Source: an uncultured SAR86 cluster bacterium (GTDB lineage: Bacteria > Pseudomonadota > Gammaproteobacteria > Magnimaribacterales > AG-339-G14). From it: a stretch of 64,000 nucleotides of DNA. The position numbers were made by a program, and so were the translations under genes. The notes under the pieces are model-generated. The model had not been told where the DNA came from and made no database searches. It worked only from the letters and a program-made list of their open reading frames with translations. The first letter of the stretch is position 1, and each line of letters opens with the position of its first letter. Of the stretch, positions 57,511-64,000 are shown piece by piece. The stretch spans positions 5,583 through 69,582 of the forward strand of contig CACJRI010000003.1 of NCBI GenBank assembly GCA_902595715.1. Direction: 5' to 3'.

Positions 57511-58228
57511 TCTTATAAGACAAGAGTTTAAATACTATGTCTCTGCTGAAGTTATTAGCAAATTAAGAACATATTTAAAAGAAATAATGAAGGTAGATGA
57601 GAATGCTAATTCTCAAAATAATCAATACACTATAACAAGTCTTTATTTTGATACTCCAAACGAAGAAGATTTTGAAGACAAAGTTGATGGAATTAAATCT
57701 AGAGAGAAATTTAGATTAAGATTTTATAATCAAAAAAAAGATTTAGTTAAATTTGAGTCAAAAAAAAGAGTAGAAACAGCTATAAAAAAAACGTCTTCGA
57801 TAATTCCAATACATGATGTAAGTGAGATTTTGAAGGGAAATTATGAATCGTTATTAAATAGCAACAGTGAATTTCTTAAAATATCCTATGCAAAATTAAC
57901 ATCCCGAGGATACAGACCTAAACTCATAGTTGAATATGACAGGGAGGCTTATTTTTTACCATATGGAAATATTCGAGTTACTTTTGATTTAAACTTGCGT
58001 ACATATAATTCTGAGACTGACCTTTTAAACATTTCTAATACAGCTATTCCTATTTTTGAAGATAATTTGCAAGTTCTAGAAGTAAAGCACAGTATTCCGT
58101 TACCCTCTCATTTAAAATTTGTTCTTAGTAAAATTCCTGCGGCTAGAAACGCAATTAGTAAGTTTGTTTTAGGGCATAAATATATTGAGTCATCAGCTTA
58201 TAGAGATCCAGTGAACTCGCCTTTTTAA
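57494..58228 (+). CDS. VTC-domain protein (triphosphate-tunnel fold; homologous to the polyphosphate polymerase domain of eukaryotic Vtc4)
   Basis: 244 aa, soluble. Strands with alternating charged residues (RQEFKY, YFDT, KFRLRFY, FESKKR, EYDREAY, RVTFD, LEVKH) are typical of CYTH/VTC tunnel proteins. It overlaps the CotH gene by 17 nt. Confidence 0.7.
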   Translation: MQQIDNLIRQEFKYYVSAEVISKLRTYLKEIMKVDENANSQNNQYTITSLYFDTPNEEDFEDKVDGIKSREKFRLRFYNQKKDLVKFESKKRVETAIKKTSSIIPIHDVSEILKGNYESLLNSNSEFLKISYAKLTSRGYRPKLIVEYDREAYFLPYGNIRVTFDLNLRTYNSETDLLNISNTAIPIFEDNLQVLEVKHSIPLPSHLKFVLSKIPAARNAISKFVLGHKYIESSAYRDPVNSPF

Positions 58229-58230
58229 AA

Positions 58231-59943
58231 ATGCAAAAAGAATACCATTTTAAAGCCTCTATCATCATACCCGTTCTAAATGAAGAAAGGTTCATAGAAG
58301 AATGTATCGAGTCTGTGGTAAGCAATACAGATGATATTGAAAAGATGGAAATTATAATTATTGATGGAGGAAGTGAAGATACTACTGTTGAAATAGTTAA
58401 AAAAATCTCTTCAAAATATCAAAATGTAATATTGCTCCATAATCCAAAAAAAATTACTCCTATTTCTTTAAACCTTGGCATCAAGGAGTCTTCTGGAGAA
58501 TTTATAGTTAGACTAGATGCTCATGCTCTATATTCAAAAAATTATGTAAATAAATGCATTCAAGTATTAGAAAATTCTGATGAAAATATTGGGAATGTAG
58601 GAGGATTTATTGAAACAAAATCTACAAATTCTTCGATTTTCTCTAGGGCGGTTTCTTTATGCTTATCAAGTATTTTTGGGGTAGGAATATCTAAATTTAG
58701 AATTTCTAAACCAACAAAAAAAGAATTTGTTGATACTGTTCCTTTTGGATGTTTTAGAAGGTCTTTGTTTGATGAGTTAGGTTTTTTTAATGAGGAAGAG
58801 CCTAGAAATGAAGATTTAGAGTTTAATCAAAGAATATTAAGGGCAGATAAAAAGATAATCTTAGATCCAGACATACACTCTACTTATTTTTCGAGATCAA
58901 CTCTAAATAAACTTTTCTCACAGCAATTTGATAATGGGAAAATAGTTACAAACAAATATAGAGGGAAAGAGTCTTTTCATAAACTTAGACATTTCGTTCC
59001 TTTACTTTTCTTTACTTATCTTTTATCAATTCCTTTTTTTAGTTTATTTGAAACTACATATTTTACAGAAGCTAACCTTTATCTATATCCTGGATTTCTA
59101 TATTTAATCCTAAATGTAAGTTTTAGTATTTTTATTGCATTGAGAAATAAAGATATTTTATTGTTCCCTAGTTTAATATTTGTATTTTTTGTAATTCACT
59201 TTAGTTATGGCCTAGGTTCATTTTTTGGCTTATTTCAAATTGAAAAGAAAGTTTCTCTTCAAGAATTTTTAGAAGAAACCTTTCCATATAAGTCAACATT
59301 TATAAGAAAAGATTTTGGCTTTTTCACTAACTTGGTCAAATTCTTTTCTCTCAGAGTTGCCTATTTTCTATATCTCTTTGGTCTTTCGGCGAATGCTTTG
59401 ACTATTTCATCTATCTTCATATCATCCTTTTCTTTTTACTTTCTTTATATTGGAATGACTAGTGAGAATATTTATTTTGCGATTTTAGGTTATTTGTTAA
59501 TGTGCCTTGTTCTTTTTATTGATTTTGTAGATGGTACTTTATCTAGAATAAGTAAAATAAAATATAAAACTGGAGAAGCCTTAGATAATTTACCGCCTGA
59601 CATAATAAGAGTTGGTTCTATTTTTTCTTTTGGAGTTTTGTCTGAAAATATAATTCTCATTTTAATGTCTCTAATTAGCTCTGTAATAATAACAAGATAT
59701 ATTCCCGAAACTGTAGAAAACATTAAGCCAAAACGGGACTGGATCAAAATCTTGATAGGATCAAGAATGTCAATATCAGGCTTGAGGCTAATCTCTTTAT
59801 TTTTTATGCCTAGTTTAATTTTCGTAACATTTTTATTGCCTAACTTGAAAGTTTTTTACTCATCATTTTTAGTAGCCATGTATTTTATTTTTTCTTTAAT
59901 TTGGTTGGCTTTTTCCCTAGAAGATAAGGAGTTTAAAAATTAA
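58231..59943 (+). CDS. fusion protein: family-2 glycosyltransferase + polytopic CDP-alcohol-phosphotransferase-like domain
   Basis: 570 aa. The N-terminal GT2 has ASIIIPVLNEERFIEECIESV, IIIDGGSEDTT, RLDAHA and EDLEFNQR. TM helices follow. The C-terminal domain has SANALT and DFVDGTLSRISKIKYKTGEALDNLPPD (59521-59601). This is the CDP-alcohol motif with SR for AR and a 4- rather than 3-residue final spacer. Confidence 0.7.
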   Translation: MQKEYHFKASIIIPVLNEERFIEECIESVVSNTDDIEKMEIIIIDGGSEDTTVEIVKKISSKYQNVILLHNPKKITPISLNLGIKESSGEFIVRLDAHALYSKNYVNKCIQVLENSDENIGNVGGFIETKSTNSSIFSRAVSLCLSSIFGVGISKFRISKPTKKEFVDTVPFGCFRRSLFDELGFFNEEEPRNEDLEFNQRILRADKKIILDPDIHSTYFSRSTLNKLFSQQFDNGKIVTNKYRGKESFHKLRHFVPLLFFTYLLSIPFFSLFETTYFTEANLYLYPGFLYLILNVSFSIFIALRNKDILLFPSLIFVFFVIHFSYGLGSFFGLFQIEKKVSLQEFLEETFPYKSTFIRKDFGFFTNLVKFFSLRVAYFLYLFGLSANALTISSIFISSFSFYFLYIGMTSENIYFAILGYLLMCLVLFIDFVDGTLSRISKIKYKTGEALDNLPPDIIRVGSIFSFGVLSENIILILMSLISSVIITRYIPETVENIKPKRDWIKILIGSRMSISGLRLISLFFMPSLIFVTFLLPNLKVFYSSFLVAMYFIFSLIWLAFSLEDKEFKN

Positions 59944-60010
59944 AAATATAGCCAAAACTGAGGTTAATCCTCTGCAAATAGGTATTCCTGTTAGGAAAGT
60001 TTTCATCCTT

Positions 60011-61213
60011 TTGTATTCTTTTTTTTATGCTATTTGGGGTACAAGTTGGACATTTCCATTTATTAATATTAATTATTCTTATTTATGGTTTGGTACGGCA
60101 ATAATGGCTATATTTTTTTCAAATTCAAAGAAAGTTAGCTTTGATGGTTTTTTAATAATATTTTTAATTGTAGTGTGGACGATTCTTTACTTCTTTATTG
60201 GCATTCCTGATAATCTTTCTTCGGACAGAAGTAGCGATTTTTATTATTTATTAACATATGTTCTAAAAATTTTTCTTGGAATTTTTTTAGTATTTACTTT
60301 TGTAAATTTATTTCAGAGTAATGAAGATATTAGACTTTTTTTTGTTTCTCTATGTTTGTTTATCATTCCAATAATCTTCTATCTTGCCTATAAATATTTA
60401 TATGACTATGGATTAGATTTTATAGGGGTGCAGGTAGATGACAGCCTTAGAGGAACAAAAACCTTTAAAAATTCTTTAGCAACATCATTAGTCTTGATAA
60501 CACCCTTCATTTTTGCCGGAATATTTTCTGGAAGAAATAGATTTATTTTCGTCTTAGCATTCTTTTCAGTTTTATTTTTTTTATACTACGTTAATTCCAG
60601 ATCTGCAGTAATAATTTTAATTTTTGAAATTTTATTTTTCTTTTTCTTATCACAGTCTGAGAATATTAAGAGCAACTTAAGATATATATTCATTTCCTCA
60701 GTCGTATTAATCTTCATATCTGGGATATCTCTTTCTGATTGGATTCTAAAAAATAATGCTTTTTCAGACAGTGGACTTCCAGAATATTTTCAATCTAATG
60801 AAGAAAACCTTATTGAAACTCATAGGGGATGGCTCTTGATAGAGTCATTAAATGGCTATCTTGATTCATCTTTAATGGGAAATGGCATTGCAACATTTAG
60901 AATACGCCCGACAAATCTGGACTCAAGAACAGATACTCACAATGATTATGCTCTATTGTTATATGAGCAGGGCACTATAGGGTTTGCATTAATTTTATTT
61001 TTAATAATTTGGAGAATTTCAGTTAATGTAAAATTATCGAAAAATTATAATGACAGATTCTTAGAAGCATCTTCCTGTGCTTTATTTGGATTACTTATCT
61101 CGCTACTCTTCGTGAATCTTATTCAATCTTTAGTTTTTTGGACAATCATTGCGTTTAGTTATGTTTTTTTTGATATTTACAAAAAAAATAATTTAGAAGA
61201 AAAAAATAATTGA
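60011..61213 (+). CDS. Wzy/O-antigen-ligase-family polytopic membrane protein (putative polymerase)
   Basis: 400 aa with about 10 TM helices. The periplasmic loop ends in the family motif TDTHNDYALLLYEQGTIGFALILFLIIW. The TTG start is uncertain: the frame is open upstream to 59921 without an ATG/GTG. Confidence 0.65.
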   Translation: MYSFFYAIWGTSWTFPFININYSYLWFGTAIMAIFFSNSKKVSFDGFLIIFLIVVWTILYFFIGIPDNLSSDRSSDFYYLLTYVLKIFLGIFLVFTFVNLFQSNEDIRLFFVSLCLFIIPIIFYLAYKYLYDYGLDFIGVQVDDSLRGTKTFKNSLATSLVLITPFIFAGIFSGRNRFIFVLAFFSVLFFLYYVNSRSAVIILIFEILFFFFLSQSENIKSNLRYIFISSVVLIFISGISLSDWILKNNAFSDSGLPEYFQSNEENLIETHRGWLLIESLNGYLDSSLMGNGIATFRIRPTNLDSRTDTHNDYALLLYEQGTIGFALILFLIIWRISVNVKLSKNYNDRFLEASSCALFGLLISLLFVNLIQSLVFWTIIAFSYVFFDIYKKNNLEEKNN

Positions 61214-61214
61214 G

Positions 61215-63095
61215 ATGTGCGGCATATCAGGAATTTTTTCATCACAAAGACAAATTGAAGAATCTTTAAAAAAAATGTCCTTGTCTTTGTCCCATAGAGG
61301 GCCAGATCATTCTGCTATATATATTGGAAATAATTTCGGTATTGCACACAACAGATTAAGCATCATAGATTTATCGGACCAAGCGAACCAACCCATGGCG
61401 GATAATTCAGAAAGATATTTGATTAGTTTTAATGGCGAAATTTTTAATTTCAAAGAACTTCGTAACGATTTAACTAATATTGGATGTCATTTTAAGACCC
61501 AAAGTGATACTGAAGTTTTGCTAGAGGGATACTTAAAAAACGGAGAAGATTTTTTTAACAAAATTAGAGGTTTTTTTGCTATTTGTATCTATGATAAAAA
61601 AGAGGATGTAGCTATATTTTCAAGAGATATTTTTGGAAAAAAACCTCTCTATTATCATGCAAATAAAGAGGAGTTCATATTTGGCTCTGAAATAAAATCT
61701 ATTTTAGAAATTATAAAGCCAGACATAAGTGTAGATTTTAGCTCACTTTCACATTTTTTATGGAAAGGGTATTACGTCGACGGAGATACTGCTTATTCAG
61801 AAATTAAGTCTTTACTACCAGGAGAAACTCTAAAAATTTCTCGTTCTCAGGATAAATTGAATATGGAGAGAAGTTCAAAAAAAATAAAATTAACTCTCTC
61901 AAAAAAAGAACCTAAAAAAGACATAAAAGATATAGAAGAATCCTTAAAGAATTCTATAAGATATAGATTTATTTCAGATGTGCCTTTTTCTTTTCTCCTT
62001 TCGGGAGGAATAGACTCATCTCTTATTACAACGATGGCATCAGGTTTAAATAAAGAAAAAAGACTTGAAAGTCACTTTCTAGGATATGGCGCTGATGATC
62101 CTTTCAAAGATCATGCGGAGTTTGTTTCAAAAAATATCAATTCAATTCATACAAATCACGAAATGAAACTACCTAATTTTGAAGAAATTGTTCCCTTGAT
62201 GTTGAGTATTTTTGATGAACCATTTGGTGATTATTCTGCGATTCCTAGTCATGAAATTTACAAAAAAGTTAGTAAATTTAATAAAGTGGTTATTTCTGGA
62301 GATGGAGCAGATGAAATGTTTGCTGGCTATAAGGACTCTAGATTGTTTTATTTAAAGAGTTTTATTCCATCTTTCAACTTTAAAAATTTAAAGTTTCTTT
62401 CCATTTGCTACCGATTGTTAGACTCAAAATATTATTTTTTAAGAATTTTAAGTTACGCTCTATTAATTTTATTCAGCAACGATGGAATTCTTAGTATGGC
62501 AACCTATAAAGGTGGATGGAATTTACATTACAGAAAAAAATATATGACTTCTGAAGGATATAAATTAATCGGGGAAGAAAAAACTGAATTAAGGGAATTA
62601 ATGTCTTTTAATAAATCTGGGAGAGATTCTTTAGAAAGATACTTAAATTATGATTTAAAGAGATTATCATTTGATTTTCTAGTCAAAGTTGACAGAACTT
62701 CAATGAAAAATTCTCTTGAAGTTAGATCTCCTTTTTTAGATAAAAAGTTTGTAGAAAGTCTATTTCCAGTAAATCCCAATCATTTATTTAGTTTTCTTAC
62801 AAATAAAAAAAGGCTTAAAGAATTACTAGGAAAATATGGACTTCAAAAAATAGGGAGAACATCGAAACAAGGTTTTACCCCCCCCTTAGAAAAGTGGATA
62901 ACTTCAAGCGAAAGCAAAAAATTTTTGATGAAAATTTTTGAAGACCAAGACTCCATAATTTCTAAATTATTCAAATTAGATGAGCTAAAAAAAATTCTTC
63001 TTAAAGATAAATCCATTATTAAAAATAAAGCTAGATTATGGTTTTTAATGATTTTGTATGTATGGCATAAAGAAAATTTTTTAAAGTCTTCCTAA
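61215..63095 (+). CDS. asnB: asparagine synthase (glutamine-hydrolysing)-like amidotransferase (WbpS-like)
   Basis: 626 aa. It has the Ntn nucleophile MCGISGIF, HRGPD and a PP-loop FLLSGGIDSSLI. Its location in a glycan locus suggests sugar-carboxylate amidation rather than Asn synthesis. Confidence 0.8.
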   Translation: MCGISGIFSSQRQIEESLKKMSLSLSHRGPDHSAIYIGNNFGIAHNRLSIIDLSDQANQPMADNSERYLISFNGEIFNFKELRNDLTNIGCHFKTQSDTEVLLEGYLKNGEDFFNKIRGFFAICIYDKKEDVAIFSRDIFGKKPLYYHANKEEFIFGSEIKSILEIIKPDISVDFSSLSHFLWKGYYVDGDTAYSEIKSLLPGETLKISRSQDKLNMERSSKKIKLTLSKKEPKKDIKDIEESLKNSIRYRFISDVPFSFLLSGGIDSSLITTMASGLNKEKRLESHFLGYGADDPFKDHAEFVSKNINSIHTNHEMKLPNFEEIVPLMLSIFDEPFGDYSAIPSHEIYKKVSKFNKVVISGDGADEMFAGYKDSRLFYLKSFIPSFNFKNLKFLSICYRLLDSKYYFLRILSYALLILFSNDGILSMATYKGGWNLHYRKKYMTSEGYKLIGEEKTELRELMSFNKSGRDSLERYLNYDLKRLSFDFLVKVDRTSMKNSLEVRSPFLDKKFVESLFPVNPNHLFSFLTNKKRLKELLGKYGLQKIGRTSKQGFTPPLEKWITSSESKKFLMKIFEDQDSIISKLFKLDELKKILLKDKSIIKNKARLWFLMILYVWHKENFLKSS

Positions 63096-63097
63096 AA

Positions 63098-64000
63098 ATG
63101 AAAATATTACATATTGCCCCAATAAAGTTTCAAAAAAAATCGAAGTTTGATATGACGGGATACTTTTCCCCAGAGGGAATTTCAAACAGTGTTACAAGTC
63201 TCGCAGAAGCTCAAATGAGAAATGGAAAAAAAGTGGGCATCATTTCTTCTTTTAAGTCGGAAAAAGTAGTTTCAGAAAATATATATTGGGAAGAATTAAT
63301 TAATGTTTTATCTTGTTTTTTCCTTTTTATAAAAACGCTTAAAGTATTTGGTAAACCAGATGTACTTCACATTCATGACATATATAACCTAAGGCAATTA
63401 TTTTTTTCACTTTTTTACATTATTTTGGGAGTTAAGATATTTATTTCTCCAAGAGGATCTTTTTCAGAAGTAGCTTTATCAAGAAGTAAAATAAAAAAGC
63501 AGTTTTTTTTGTTTTTTTTTAGAATCTATACTTTTTTTATTTATTCTTTTTCAGCATTAAATGTTGAAGAAAAGAAACAAATTAGAAAGATGTTTAAAAA
63601 AAAGAAAATAATAATTATAGGAAACGGATGCAATCTTGATGAAGATAGAATACGAAGACTTAACAAAGTCTTTTTAAAAAAAAACAAGACGGAAATAATC
63701 ACAGTAGGGTTTCTAGGAAGATTTGATGTAACTATCAAAGGATTGGACTGTTTATTGAGGGCTTATAAAGCCTATCAAGAAAATTCAAAAAAGTTAAAAG
63801 TAAATCTTTGTTTTATTGGGGAACATAGATCAAAGGAAATTGATAGTGAAATATTTTTTAATAAAATGAAAAACGAAATGGTTTACCCAAATAAGTTTTT
63901 TGTTAAAAATTCAATTTATGGTGAAGAAAAGTGGCATGAATTAGCAAGATTTGATTTACTTGCGCTTCCTTCAAGATCGGAAGGAATGCCAAACGTAGTT
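63098..64000 (+). CDS. GT4-type (GT-B) glycosyltransferase, N-terminal 301 codons; continues beyond the window end
   Basis: The ORF runs off the window and so is not in the track. My translation is MKILHIAPIKF...ISPRGSFSEVALSR...ITVGFLGRFDVTIKGLDCLLRAY...FDLLALPSRSEGMPNVV. The last stretch is the start of the GT4 E-x7-E region. Confidence 0.75.
   Translation, partial: MKILHIAPIKFQKKSKFDMTGYFSPEGISNSVTSLAEAQMRNGKKVGIISSFKSEKVVSENIYWEELINVLSCFFLFIKTLKVFGKPDVLHIHDIYNLRQLFFSLFYIILGVKIFISPRGSFSEVALSRSKIKKQFFLFFFRIYTFFIYSFSALNVEEKKQIRKMFKKKKIIIIGNGCNLDEDRIRRLNKVFLKKNKTEIITVGFLGRFDVTIKGLDCLLRAYKAYQENSKKLKVNLCFIGEHRSKEIDSEIFFNKMKNEMVYPNKFFVKNSIYGEEKWHELARFDLLALPSRSEGMPNVV

Noticed and set aside
1-64000. 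A scan for rRNA/tRNA genes, CRISPR arrays, IS elements/transposases, toxin-antitoxin pairs or classic defence genes.
   Set aside because: No spacer is long enough for a structured RNA gene (the largest are about 107 nt at 13034-13140 and about 71 nt at 6656-6726). I noticed no direct-repeat arrays. No ORF has transposase, integrase, nuclease or NTPase defence signatures.

Overview
This is an AT-rich, very gene-dense bacterial chromosome segment with about 60 protein genes. Many neighbouring genes overlap by 1-4 nt. I see no rRNA, tRNA, CRISPR array, transposase or integrase.

Left part (1-29 kb): housekeeping genes. The order ubiG / gyrA-serC-pheA-hisC-tyrA-aroA-cmk-rpsA-ihfB, and separately uvrC-pgsA, matches Pseudomonas-type Gammaproteobacteria. 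From this I infer a streamlined, low-GC, possibly marine gammaproteobacterium. This part also holds an RND efflux pair, DAHP synthase, glutamine-dependent NAD synthetase, ScpAB, RluB, a three-gene PntAA/AB/B transhydrogenase, lapA-pyrF, a cupin and GGT. It also holds an unusual chromosomal gene pair: a protein with three DnaT-like domains, followed by a lambda-P-like protein.

Right part (29 kb to beyond the window end): one uninterrupted same-strand surface-glycan (O-antigen/capsule-type) locus of at least 35 kb. In order it contains:
- a Wzz-like protein and a WbpO/WbpP-type UDP-GalNAcA module;
- a legionaminic-acid-type nonulosonic acid pathway (LegB/LegC/NeuC/NeuB/NeuA plus PtmE/F/A-like genes) with extra formyltransferase, PIG-L deacetylase and WbqC genes;
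- a HisH/HisF-like pair plus two tandem WbpG/PseA-type amidotransferases (acetamidino chemistry);
- an orphan 473-aa protein, an acyltransferase-3/SGNH O-acyltransferase, a UXS-like SDR and Wzx;
- a DUF4956 / CotH-kinase (beta-helix fusion) / VTC-domain triad, then a GT2 fused to a CDP-alcohol-phosphotransferase-like domain;
- a Wzy/ligase-like protein, an AsnB-like amidotransferase and a truncated GT4.

The DUF4956-CotH-VTC module and its fused GT2/CDP-alcohol transferase neighbour are my best candidate for an undescribed system. The idea is a membrane-coupled phosphoryl or polyphosphate chemistry wired into a glycan assembly operon. All functional calls rest on my reading of the translated ORFs (motifs, architecture, synteny). 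No database search was run.
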